Source of the DNA: Pachysolen tannophilus NRRL Y-2460
Lineage: Eukaryota
Assembly: GCA_001661245.1 (NCBI GenBank)
Contig: KV454012.1
Location: 1,972,418-2,036,417, forward strand
Length of the DNA stretch: 64,000 nt
Direction: 5' to 3'
Shown here piece by piece: positions 21,229 to 31,495 of the stretch. A model generated the notes under the pieces. The model did no database searches. It worked only from the letters and a program-made list of their open reading frames with translations, and was not told the origin of the DNA. The position numbers and the translations under genes are program-made. The first letter of the stretch is position 1. Every line of letters begins with the position of its first letter.

Positions 21229-24200
21229 TCATAAACCTTCCTCCATAACATCTCTCAATAATTTAAAATCGTAATAATTTGAAATATTTTCAAAAACTTT
21301 GATCTTTTTCATGATTGTTTTCTTATTTAAAGTTTCAACCCAGTTTCCAGAACAAGAACAGAATTCACTCATACTATCAGATTTGATAACATTGCACTTT
21401 TCACATTTCAAATCCTGCATGAAAAAAGTTGTAATTAATTTTTTGAACTCTAAGATCAGTTTCTCCTCGATGGTGACTTTATTGAACAGGGTCAAACATT
21501 TATCACATTTGAAAATTGAATCTTCATCATCTCTACATAAATCTATGTCTTTTATCGTATTGCAATATTCACATAAAATATAAGGAAGTTTTAAAGATGT
21601 GCTTGGATTGTGAAATATTGATTCTTCGCTAAACTCTCTCACATCGAATAACTTCAATAATTCTTTCCTCAACATTCTAATTTCAATATTTCTTTTTTTT
21701 GATGAAGAAAAAACATGCATTAACGATTTAACCAACTCCAATGTAGGATTTACCAATCTGAGATGAGAGCCAGGAAGTTTTGGAAAAATGTAATCATTGC
21801 TGTTATCTGGATCCAACACAGCTTCGTTCTGGCGGTGAATTAACTGTTGAATCCTTTTGTGCAATGGTTTTCTGAAAACTTCACAGATATCTGTAATCGC
21901 TATATCCTCAGCACCGCCAGACGACGGAGACGAGTCATCAATTTTCTTCCTTTCCTTTAAAAGAAAATTGATCTGCGTAATTCTTGGAGTTCCGGAAGCT
22001 GCGTTTGCCATTGCATTGTCTTTGTTTTTAACTAAAGCGTCCAAAAAAATCAAAACCCAGTCTTCAAATTCCGGTTGTAAGACAATTGGTAAATAATTTT
22101 TAATTTGCCAATGACTGAAGGATTCAAGTTGTTGTGTTTCGGTTGTCCCAATCTCAGTACAACCACGGCCACAGAAATTATATTGATCAACCCACACCAA
22201 TAAATCCCAATATCTTGTTACTTCCAAATCTAGGTAATTAAATAGTGGTTTTGCCCTTACGGCCTTGCAAATATACTGACCATACGCATAAGAATTTTCC
22301 ACGCTTCCCTTTGAGATATTCAATATAATTTTATTTCTATTTGCAAAAACCACTGATGATCCCATTTTTTTGAATTCACCTAACAATTGTAAAAATGCTT
22401 TTTTTGTTAAATTATGGACATGATATTGCAAGGCTGGATCATACAAGTACGAATTTGGTTTTTGAACCCACGAAACAAAATTGTGAACCATCGAATCCGC
22501 ATTTCTGTTATTTTTAATGGCATCGTCCCACCATTCTTTCACCATTGTTCTTAATACAACGAGAGCAGGAGCAGAAAAAGCATCTTCAGCAAAGGTTGAA
22601 ACATCAGTTTCACCAAAGGATAACTCTTGTTCCGCTAAATCTGTACCTTCTGCCTCGTTGATCAAAGCTGAAGCCAACAATGAATTTATTGAAAGATTTC
22701 TTAGATCAAGCTCAAGCGATACAGATTCATAGACTTCTGATCTATTGATATTTGGAAACTCTAAACTTGCTTCCACATTCGGAGCTACGCAGTCTTTCTG
22801 CATCCCTCCAAGGTCTGGTTGTGGATTTGGAGACCACCAAAGAACAATATCAAACTTTTTAAGTCTTCTCGCATATTCAACATCGATAATATAACTTGTA
22901 TCTTGAACATTTAAATTACACAATGGAATATTGCTGTATCTAGATAAAGCCATGAAATGTTTAATCCAACCTGCCAAGGACAAATAATGGTTGAATATTC
23001 GTTTAACAACTAACTGTTGCCATCCAATCGCAGGGACTGTAATCTCATTTACCTTCATCTGAATTGTTGGAAATTCAGCTAATGGTTTCACAATTTTAGC
23101 TACTTTATTGCTATATGGCGATTGTAAAACAAACAACGATTTTGATGATTTCTCATTATGCAATTTAGTGCAAACGTTATTCAATTTTTTGTACAACTTA
23201 CTTATATCATTAAAGTAAGTCTTTTCGAATTCCAAATCGCTATTATAGTCAATAATATTATAATTTTTGGAGACCTGTTCTGCTTTCCTATTGAAGATTT
23301 CCTTATAAAGACTTTCCAATTTGCTTTCGCTAGGCAACTCCTGAGCAACATTCGAAGGTTTCAATACAAAGATGTTGACCACAGAATCCCAAGTTTTAAA
23401 CAATGCAAAAAACTCGTATTGATTTGCAACGATATGTAACAAATAAATAATACCCATGGAAAATTTCTGCAAATATTTCTCTGATTCTATAGGTGCTAGT
23501 GATTTTTGATCAAATCCTTTCTCGATTGCTTTACCTAGTGCACCAATTCTGGATTCTTGAAAACGAACTGAATTTCCTAACTCAATAATAGCCCTCTCGA
23601 CGCTACCAATATGTGATTCATAAATACCTTCAACCGACTCATCGCGGAAAATACTTCCTGGCTTATTGCACTCTTCAGTAAATTTATATTCATTCATAGT
23701 TAATTTAAATAAATTTTTAGAGGTATTACCATTTGGTAATATTGAGGAAACTTTTTCAAAATTGCAGTTCTTTATTAATCTGTTCAAATCTTTCAGTTTC
23801 ATTTCTTCTCTAAAATTTAAATAAACCTTTTTCGGAATATGAAAGGTAAAACTTTGAACCTTCCCATCAATAAGTACGTACGCTTTAATATCTCCCAGTA
23901 CCAGCGTATTTTCTTTAAATTCAAGAATCTCCCAGTTCGAGTTTGCGAAATTTTCAGCTCTTTGTTTGAAAATGTCTCCAATTGTTCCAGCAGAACCAGT
24001 ATTAGGGCCAAATAACTTTTTCCTTGTCTCCTGTTGTTTTGCTATTTGATTCCATTTAGTTTTTTGATATATCAAGAATCCGACATAATCATCCTCTGGC
24101 GAAGGACATGATCTGCTCAAAACAATTGCAGCATCTTTTTTCTCTTGTTCTAATTGTTGCTTAATTTTACGCTTCCGAGATATAACTTTGCTGACTTTTG

Positions 24201-27200
24201 GTTTCGAAGATTCTTCATTACCAAAATCTTCAATATCCTTTATCTGCTTCAGCAAAACTTCTTTAGGGGTTGCCGATTTTGCAAAAAAATTAGTAATATT
24301 AGATTGTTTCAAATTATCCTCGCTGGCAGCAATTTTTCTCTTCAACCATTCAGGGTGCGGTACTCGTGGAACTGGATTTTTTATATTTTGCAAAGCAGCT
24401 GGTATGGTAATAATTTTTTGGACAACCGAAATCAATCTTTCTCGGTAATAACCCCAGTCAATGATAGTCCTTGGGTCAAAATCTTCTAGAGAAGCATTCA
24501 CCAACCACCTTCTTAAAAAATGTCTTTTCGTAGATAAATCAGAGCTGAAAATTGTGACAGGTATTGCTCTTTCCGTAATCGGAGCATTGAGAGGTTGAGC
24601 TGAAATAATATACTTACAAGCCAAACCTTTATCCTTAACCATTTCTTCTCCTAAAAATTCACCTAATCTTTTTGCAGTGGTGATAGATGTTGACTTTTGA
24701 GAGCCGTACTCTTCCAATTTTTTAGACATTGATCTATTCTCGCAAATCAATTCGATCAAATCTTCATCCTCAAGGTTTGCACCCTTTGTATCTAAAACAT
24801 CCAACCAACGATTTGCAACATTGGAAACAGCAGCGTAACATTCCTCCAAAGTATTACCTTCTAAAAATAATTTAAAAATATCTTCCTGAAAATTTTTTAT
24901 AAGCTGTAATTCACCTCTTCTCTTCAATTCAAATCCCTTCAACTCTGCAATGGATCCATCTTCATTAAATACAGCATACCTTTTTTTCAAACCTTTACCT
25001 TCTTCTTTAGATGTTGGCAAAACCATTGCTTTATAAGGACCATCAACCTCAAAGAAAATAGTATTTTCTGAATGAGTCTTGTAGGACAACTTTTCTGAAT
25101 CTATTAACTCTTGATACTGGTGGTTTGTAAACTTTTCATGAACTAAATAGTTTAACATAGAACATGGATAACTCACAAGAAGACTTTTACCGTTTTTCAT
25201 TTTGAAATTGAAATCTTCAGGAAATGAGGATGGTAAGATACACCAAATACCATCTGTATCTAATTCCAATGGCCTACCTAGTCTTTCGACCAATGCTCTG
25301 GCCATCTGAATAATTGTTGCTCCTGTTAAACAGGTCACTCCTGCCATTTCCATTGAATACCAACGCGATCCTTTCCTCATAACATATCCGTAGAATGAGT
25401 TCAAAATGACTTTATGAGCCAATTGTAATGAATCATACAAAACAATCAATTTGTTAGCTTCGTCCCTTTCATGTTTTTTGCTTGCCTCTATTTTACTCAA
25501 TTTTCCCTTCCAAACTTTAGCTAAAGTTTTAAAATGATAACGCCTATCACGAAAACTCGAAACTGTATTCGTATAGAAAGGATTTTCACGTTGACATATA
25601 ATAGTATCTCTCTGTATCGTTTCAGTTTGTTTTATTCTGTGGTAAACTTTCTTTGAGTAGTCCTCTAATCTTTTTTTGATTTTCAGGACTTTAGTTCCAT
25701 ATCCTGCGTTATTAAAATCGTCTTCATTTTCAAGCGACCTCTTTATCATTGCATAATCTTTGTAATCTGCTGGATAAAATTCACCTCTCCAAAGCCACGG
25801 CAAAACTCTAGCACAAGTTTTCCCTGGTCTATTAAAATCACATGCAGAGCAATCTTCTTCACTTTTCATCGAATCAGGTTGCAATCTGTTAGAAGTCATA
25901 ATATTAGGATACATCGAAGCAACATCAACGTGATAGATCAATGGTACTTCATTTCTTTTGGGATTATTTTTCAACTCCAATAATGTATCTTTTATTTCAT
26001 TGTAAATTTCTTCATAATTAGTTATATCATCCAAACTTTTTTTGCCTTCCACTGTTATAGCAAATTTCAAAGCATTATCCAAATCACCTAATATCTCATC
26101 AATTGCAGTTGTATCTATATTAAATTCATTTGGTAAGTCAGATCTAAAAACTCCCGCTTCCAAAGATTCAACATGACCACCAACATATGTCTCAGATTCT
26201 AAAAAGTGCCCATTATAAAACCGTTCTAACGGATCACTATGCTTATTAGGAAAAATGATATTCTTCTGAAATGCCTGCACCATTAACAACATTTCACACA
26301 AAGTTCCTGTTCCCTTTCTTAAAACTTCATCCGGATTCAAAGGAATAATGGTACATAAAGAGAAAATAAAAGGATGAACATATTTATAATATAAATAGTA
26401 TGTGGCCACTGCATCGGAAACAGAATATTCAGACAAGAGTTGTGGATTTTCATAAGCATATGGTGTCATTAATTCGGGATCCAATTCGATTGGGTTATAC
26501 CCTAATTTAACCTTTGTGACAGCTTTTAAACCTTGAGAACCTTGAGGTAAATATGAGTCTCTTTTCACCCACCTAAAACAATCCATATGCACACAATAAC
26601 TAGACTTATATTCTTCTTCTGAGTCTTTAGCGAACCCAATCTCTTTGAACATGTCGATACCATGATAAAAAGCTCTTGTTTCAACAAAGGGCCAATCAAA
26701 GAAATCACCATTAAAAGTGACAATAACTGTAGGTCTAACATCTCTAATATGTTCAAAAAACCTTTCAATCAAAGCTTTTTCATCTTCTTCGTTAAATATA
26801 GTAAAGTCACCATGATATTCCGGTTTAGGTGTATATTCGAAATCCTGAATATCGCTACTAATAATAGATCTATTTGTTATCAAAAATCCAGTACCATCAA
26901 TCATATACGAAATCATCATTATTTGATCTACACTGGAATCCGGAAATTTCAACGGTGACTTCGTAGTTTCAATATCAAATGCTAGCACAACAGGATCTGC
27001 AAATGCAAGTTTTTCGGTTAATTCAGTTAATTGCACTTCAGATTCGCTGGCTTCTACCTGGTACCATTTTCCTACTCTCAAATCCTTATCAATAGATACT
27101 CTTACATGATAAGGTACATCATATTCTCTTATATCTTCAATACATTCTAGAGCATCAATTGGTTTTGTATTTACCTTTTCTGTTATCGTAAAATTATCAT

Positions 27201-27840
27201 CGAACTCATCTTCTTCATTGTTATTTTTGGTAAAGTTGAAATTAACTTCAGAAAATACATCTTTGCTATCCTTTGTTGTTTTATTTTGAGTTACAATTGG
27301 TAATATGATTCTTCTAGCATCAATTAAATCATTGACATTATGAAACGATAACTTTAGTACTGTTCTTTTCAATCCAATTAAATGATTAGGTAATGACAAA
27401 TCTTCCTTTTTCAATCTTGATACATTTTTTAAAGAGCCTTCCAAGTTTTTTTTCAAGACTTCTTCAACTTCTGCTTCTAATCCAGTTTTACATACTATTA
27501 AGAAATATGGATCAAATTGAATAGTTGTCTTAAAAGATCCACCTTCTTCATCTAAAAAATAGTAGTCCACTCCAGAATACCCACTAAGATATTCATCACT
27601 TGCTATTGTTGTCGGATGCATGTTTATTAACCAACCTATTTTCTTAGGACCTTCTCCATATCTATCAAACCCAAACATGGAATCTATCGAGTCTATTTCT
27701 TTGACGGCATCTAACCTTGATCTAAAAGCTTGAGCATCATTGGGAGCACTATAAGCATTTCCCTTATAGCTTCCTTTATTATTTTTCACAAATCTGGCCG
27801 TTGAAGAACCACCATACTTTGATTTGGATCCAAGAGCCAT
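21229..27840 (-). CDS. POL2: DNA polymerase epsilon catalytic subunit
   Basis: FDIETTK exonuclease motif, YHVDVASMYPNI, ELDTDG, CSACDFNRPGKTC Fe-S motif and C-terminal CysA/CysB zinc fingers. 2203 aa, no intein seen. Confidence 0.99.
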   Translation of the reverse strand: MALGSKSKYGGSSTARFVKNNKGSYKGNAYSAPNDAQAFRSRLDAVKEIDSIDSMFGFDRYGEGPKKIGWLINMHPTTIASDEYLSGYSGVDYYFLDEEGGSFKTTIQFDPYFLIVCKTGLEAEVEEVLKKNLEGSLKNVSRLKKEDLSLPNHLIGLKRTVLKLSFHNVNDLIDARRIILPIVTQNKTTKDSKDVFSEVNFNFTKNNNEEDEFDDNFTITEKVNTKPIDALECIEDIREYDVPYHVRVSIDKDLRVGKWYQVEASESEVQLTELTEKLAFADPVVLAFDIETTKSPLKFPDSSVDQIMMISYMIDGTGFLITNRSIISSDIQDFEYTPKPEYHGDFTIFNEEDEKALIERFFEHIRDVRPTVIVTFNGDFFDWPFVETRAFYHGIDMFKEIGFAKDSEEEYKSSYCVHMDCFRWVKRDSYLPQGSQGLKAVTKVKLGYNPIELDPELMTPYAYENPQLLSEYSVSDAVATYYLYYKYVHPFIFSLCTIIPLNPDEVLRKGTGTLCEMLLMVQAFQKNIIFPNKHSDPLERFYNGHFLESETYVGGHVESLEAGVFRSDLPNEFNIDTTAIDEILGDLDNALKFAITVEGKKSLDDITNYEEIYNEIKDTLLELKNNPKRNEVPLIYHVDVASMYPNIMTSNRLQPDSMKSEEDCSACDFNRPGKTCARVLPWLWRGEFYPADYKDYAMIKRSLENEDDFNNAGYGTKVLKIKKRLEDYSKKVYHRIKQTETIQRDTIICQRENPFYTNTVSSFRDRRYHFKTLAKVWKGKLSKIEASKKHERDEANKLIVLYDSLQLAHKVILNSFYGYVMRKGSRWYSMEMAGVTCLTGATIIQMARALVERLGRPLELDTDGIWCILPSSFPEDFNFKMKNGKSLLVSYPCSMLNYLVHEKFTNHQYQELIDSEKLSYKTHSENTIFFEVDGPYKAMVLPTSKEEGKGLKKRYAVFNEDGSIAELKGFELKRRGELQLIKNFQEDIFKLFLEGNTLEECYAAVSNVANRWLDVLDTKGANLEDEDLIELICENRSMSKKLEEYGSQKSTSITTAKRLGEFLGEEMVKDKGLACKYIISAQPLNAPITERAIPVTIFSSDLSTKRHFLRRWLVNASLEDFDPRTIIDWGYYRERLISVVQKIITIPAALQNIKNPVPRVPHPEWLKRKIAASEDNLKQSNITNFFAKSATPKEVLLKQIKDIEDFGNEESSKPKVSKVISRKRKIKQQLEQEKKDAAIVLSRSCPSPEDDYVGFLIYQKTKWNQIAKQQETRKKLFGPNTGSAGTIGDIFKQRAENFANSNWEILEFKENTLVLGDIKAYVLIDGKVQSFTFHIPKKVYLNFREEMKLKDLNRLIKNCNFEKVSSILPNGNTSKNLFKLTMNEYKFTEECNKPGSIFRDESVEGIYESHIGSVERAIIELGNSVRFQESRIGALGKAIEKGFDQKSLAPIESEKYLQKFSMGIIYLLHIVANQYEFFALFKTWDSVVNIFVLKPSNVAQELPSESKLESLYKEIFNRKAEQVSKNYNIIDYNSDLEFEKTYFNDISKLYKKLNNVCTKLHNEKSSKSLFVLQSPYSNKVAKIVKPLAEFPTIQMKVNEITVPAIGWQQLVVKRIFNHYLSLAGWIKHFMALSRYSNIPLCNLNVQDTSYIIDVEYARRLKKFDIVLWWSPNPQPDLGGMQKDCVAPNVEASLEFPNINRSEVYESVSLELDLRNLSINSLLASALINEAEGTDLAEQELSFGETDVSTFAEDAFSAPALVVLRTMVKEWWDDAIKNNRNADSMVHNFVSWVQKPNSYLYDPALQYHVHNLTKKAFLQLLGEFKKMGSSVVFANRNKIILNISKGSVENSYAYGQYICKAVRAKPLFNYLDLEVTRYWDLLVWVDQYNFCGRGCTEIGTTETQQLESFSHWQIKNYLPIVLQPEFEDWVLIFLDALVKNKDNAMANAASGTPRITQINFLLKERKKIDDSSPSSGGAEDIAITDICEVFRKPLHKRIQQLIHRQNEAVLDPDNSNDYIFPKLPGSHLRLVNPTLELVKSLMHVFSSSKKRNIEIRMLRKELLKLFDVREFSEESIFHNPSTSLKLPYILCEYCNTIKDIDLCRDDEDSIFKCDKCLTLFNKVTIEEKLILEFKKLITTFFMQDLKCEKCNVIKSDSMSEFCSCSGNWVETLNKKTIMKKIKVFENISNYYDFKLLRDVMEEGL

Positions 27841-28141
27841 TCTCTATAAAAGTAGTGAAATACTGTGTAGCTCTGTAAACTCCCAGCAGCTAAAGAAGAA
27901 GAAAAAAAAAAACAAGTCTATATTATTTCTGGATCACAGTTCCAACTTATGACTTCAGGTAGATCTATCTATGTGATTATCAGCTCAAGTTAATCAGTCA
28001 GTAGTTACAAAACAATGATGAGATAACGAAAGGAAAGAACAAATGAATCAAATAAAACAAATATAAATAAAATTACATTCTAATACGAGGGTAATACTTA
28101 GTCTGTTCTCACAAAAAATTCCAAATCCGGTATCTAATCGG

Positions 28142-28196
28142 TCGCGTTTTATTTTAATTTTTTTTTTTTTTTTTTTTCATCATCATCAAGACGCGT
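28142..28196. promoter_or_regulatory. MCB (MBF) elements in the POL2 promoter
   Basis: TCGCGT (28142-28147) and ACGCGT (28191-28196), 300-350 nt upstream of POL2, which is a known G1/S gene in yeasts. Confidence 0.75.
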
Positions 28197-28423
28197 AGTT
28201 TTGTATGAAAATACTTTGTCAAGTTAATTCTCTGGGTGATTACAACAGTGATTACAACAAATTCAAAAAATACATAAAATAGATAATTAAAAAATACATT
28301 TAAGAAATGAACAACATATGCTTTGCTTTACTTTGCTTTGCTGTATTGAATATGATGAAAGTCACCTATACTTCTGCTTTCCTTTTTTTTTTTCTTGTAG
28401 AGCTCAACTCACTACTCAATTAT

Positions 28424-31400
28424 TTACCAACGTGATCTTAGTCTTCGAGTACTGAGAGTACTGACTTCATTTTTCCTTCTTTCCAGTCCTCGCAAAATAC
28501 GTTTATTGAGGTCACGCCCTAAGCTTGCATTCTTTGCGATATCACTGTTTTGTAGCCGTTCAGGAGTATGAAGAAAATCATCTGCGTCTGAATTTTCAGT
28601 ATTTGAAAGATCAAAATTAAAAACATTACTTTTATCGTTCCGGTTTCTGTTTCTGCTATGATTTCGAAGATGAGGCCCATTTGAAGGAGACGGAATTTGT
28701 GACGATAAGGCCGTTAACGGTGACATTGACAAGTCAATATTTGTGTACTTGTTTGAAGAATTAGGCTGTATTTTTCTATCGTCATTAGCATCTTCATTGT
28801 ACTCGGAGCTGTCTATTTTCTCATTTTCTCGTTCACTACTTTCGTCTTCATCGATTAAATCACCATTACTCTCTTGATATTCCTCACTTTCCTCATTTTC
28901 GTCGTCATCGTCAACTTCATCGTCATCATCGTCAACTTCATCATCATCGTCGTCGTCATTATCATCTCCACTGGAAATGTCAGCTGTTTGTTTGTTATTA
29001 ACATCAACACTCTCCTCTTCGTCAGATTCATCAAGAACTATTTTTCTCCTCTTAGTTCTAGTTCCTAATCGATATACATCTACATTATTTTTTTTCCCTT
29101 TTACCAAATTCATACCAGGATAACACAACAAATACCTATCGTAAGAGATATTCTCCTCTTGATTCACATTATTTATTTCGTTAGACCGAGAACCTATTTG
29201 TTCATCATCGTCATCTTCTTCTCCATTGTTAATACCATCACTGTGGCTTCCTGTTCTGAAATTTTCCTTGGTTCGATTTGTAATTTCTTCTAGTGTTTGA
29301 TCTTCTATGTTTCTGATATCATCAATATCATCTTTCATAAAATTTGTAATTATCGATATACCATTCATTAATCGATTTCCCTTTTCATCATACTTTGTTG
29401 AATCATCAGCTTGAAGTTGTTGTTGTTGCTTTTGAGGATCTGTGGTAATTACCATAGTGGTAGTTGTGTTTATACCTCCAGATGGTCCAAATATCACAGG
29501 TTTAAATAACAACCTGTCTGGATTTAATTTTGTGTAATTTTTCAGTTCCCATTTTTCAATGACATCACAAACTTTGTTCATATTAACTGAAATAGCATAA
29601 TTCCCAGTAACAGGATCTCGAATCAAAAAATTTAAATTTTCTAATGCTGTAACAATGTCAGATTGAATAATTCCAGTACTGTTTGATAATTCATGGATTG
29701 ATATTTGAATATTCAGAGTATTTCCAACCATTTTCACAATTTCCTTTAATTTAAAACAAACTGTAACTTTCCAATAATTCTTATAACTCAATAAGCCCAA
29801 ATCAGATAATGGTTTCTCTGGTGTTCCATATTTGAACTCTCTTCTTGTTAATAAGTAACTAAAATCAATCAATAAATTACCATAACCTTTTCTTTGATAA
29901 ATAGGTAGTGTTAATATACAACTAACATTGTAATTGGTACTATTCAATTTCTCTTTTGAAAAATATCCAACAAAGTGAAAGTTATTGAACTCGTCTATCT
30001 CTGTTAAAACATAAAACATAAATGGCTCAACATCGTAATACAAAGTTTTTGAGTTCAAAAATAACTTTGCCAATAAGCATAAATTTTGACAATAAATTGT
30101 ATTTTTCCTACCATCTATTTCAAAAATTGCATTTTTACCCCATCTATAAATTTCATTCCCAGGCGGATGTCTATTAAGATTACATTTTAAAGCATGTCTT
30201 TCCAGGATAAACTTTGAGTTCATGTACTTCAAACAATATTCGCATATGTGTAATACTGGTTTTGATGAATACTCTTCAGGATAAGGGGCAGTATACCAAG
30301 TATCGATTTCAAAACCAGAAATATGTATGCACTTGATTTTGGAAACAGGTCCTATATTACCATGGTACAGTAACAGCTCTTCATCAACTGAGTCCAAATA
30401 CAGATCTTCTCGTGATACTCTAGATAAGTCACTATTTTTATATCGCAACATTTCGCTGTCTTTTAAAGCCCTGTTGAAGAAGTCTCTATCTTCTGAGCTT
30501 GGTGCTGTAAAATACGAATTTGCATCTTCAAATGATAATATTCCATTATATGGTAATTCATTTTCTTCGTCATCAATATCTTCATTCGTAAGACCATTGT
30601 CCTTCTTTGTTGATTGTTTTTGTGAGGAATTTTTAATTCTAATTATTGTTTTTGGCTCATCATTCTGATGGTATAATTTATGTTTATCAACATATGATGA
30701 TGGTGGATCTTTTTTATGTATATGCCCATACTTTATCTTAACAGTAAATGTCCCACGCCGTGTATTATTTGATGAAATAACTAACCCATTATTTACCTCC
30801 CTTGGCCTTCGATGTATGATCAATGGTATCTGGTTACTATTATCAAGTCTATTATACCGCAGTTGCTGTTGCTGTCGCAGTTGCTGTTGCTGTTCCAGTT
30901 CCAGTTCCAGCTGCACTTGTACTTGCTGCAACTCTTCTTGTTGCTGTTCCAACCCAACCAGAGAAGTGAAAACTTTTTTTGGGCGTCCTCTCCCTCCTTT
31001 TGCTTTCCGCCTGGGTACCGGTATAAGCTGACTACTACTATTATTATCGAATTCTTCAGTTGTTATCAGGGTTGGCTGTATTGATGATTTATATGGAGTT
31101 GTTGTTCTTGTTCGTGTTCGTGTTCGCATTCTTGTTCTTGTTTGAGTTTCTGTTTGTGTTTGTATTACTTTATCTTCTTTCTCATGGCCATTATCATGTT
31201 TGCCGAATCTAAACATATCCATAAGGTTATAAGGTTTTTCTGTTGATCTTTTTCTTAAACTTCTTGATGACGTTCTTCTATTCAAAGGCTCTGATTTGTC
31301 ACCGATTGAGTTAAATATCTTTTCATGCAACAATTCATAAATCTTATTATCAGTAATTTTCAATTCATTCAACAAATGGCTTCTCTTTACCAGTTGCCCA

Positions 31401-31495
31401 CGATTCAATTCCTTACGATTTGTAAGATTATCATTATCATTTTGTCCGCTGTCATTTGTAAGAGATGTATCTATTGATTTATGTTTACCGCTCAT
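28424..31495 (-). CDS. SAS3: MYST histone acetyltransferase Sas3 (NuA3)
   Basis: IDTWYTAPYPEEY, C2HC finger (CEYC..RHALKC), HPPGNEIY, QRKGYG and GTPEKPLSDLG. Acidic C-terminal region. AT-hook-like GRGRPKK. Confidence 0.9.
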   Translation of the reverse strand: MSGKHKSIDTSLTNDSGQNDNDNLTNRKELNRGQLVKRSHLLNELKITDNKIYELLHEKIFNSIGDKSEPLNRRTSSRSLRKRSTEKPYNLMDMFRFGKHDNGHEKEDKVIQTQTETQTRTRMRTRTRTRTTTPYKSSIQPTLITTEEFDNNSSSQLIPVPRRKAKGGRGRPKKVFTSLVGLEQQQEELQQVQVQLELELEQQQQLRQQQQLRYNRLDNSNQIPLIIHRRPREVNNGLVISSNNTRRGTFTVKIKYGHIHKKDPPSSYVDKHKLYHQNDEPKTIIRIKNSSQKQSTKKDNGLTNEDIDDEENELPYNGILSFEDANSYFTAPSSEDRDFFNRALKDSEMLRYKNSDLSRVSREDLYLDSVDEELLLYHGNIGPVSKIKCIHISGFEIDTWYTAPYPEEYSSKPVLHICEYCLKYMNSKFILERHALKCNLNRHPPGNEIYRWGKNAIFEIDGRKNTIYCQNLCLLAKLFLNSKTLYYDVEPFMFYVLTEIDEFNNFHFVGYFSKEKLNSTNYNVSCILTLPIYQRKGYGNLLIDFSYLLTRREFKYGTPEKPLSDLGLLSYKNYWKVTVCFKLKEIVKMVGNTLNIQISIHELSNSTGIIQSDIVTALENLNFLIRDPVTGNYAISVNMNKVCDVIEKWELKNYTKLNPDRLLFKPVIFGPSGGINTTTTMVITTDPQKQQQQLQADDSTKYDEKGNRLMNGISIITNFMKDDIDDIRNIEDQTLEEITNRTKENFRTGSHSDGINNGEEDDDDEQIGSRSNEINNVNQEENISYDRYLLCYPGMNLVKGKKNNVDVYRLGTRTKRRKIVLDESDEEESVDVNNKQTADISSGDDNDDDDDDEVDDDDDEVDDDDENEESEEYQESNGDLIDEDESSERENEKIDSSEYNEDANDDRKIQPNSSNKYTNIDLSMSPLTALSSQIPSPSNGPHLRNHSRNRNRNDKSNVFNFDLSNTENSDADDFLHTPERLQNSDIAKNASLGRDLNKRILRGLERRKNEVSTLSTRRLRSRW

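Noticed and set aside
25792..25794. CTT at the Pol2 W-x-WRGE position (Ala in S. cerevisiae) as a sign that the whole CUN box is reassigned
   Set aside because: As I recall, this position varies between species, and CTT/CTA/CTC occur at ordinary Leu positions elsewhere. One site is not enough.
21229..27840. Intein or mobile insertion in POL2
   Set aside because: Length and motif order match a normal Pol2, and no splice-junction motifs are evident.
27840..28100. Possible 5'-UTR intron of POL2 (TACTGAC and a polypyrimidine-TAG on the minus strand)
   Set aside because: No consensus donor found, and the branch-to-acceptor distance is long compared with the other introns here.
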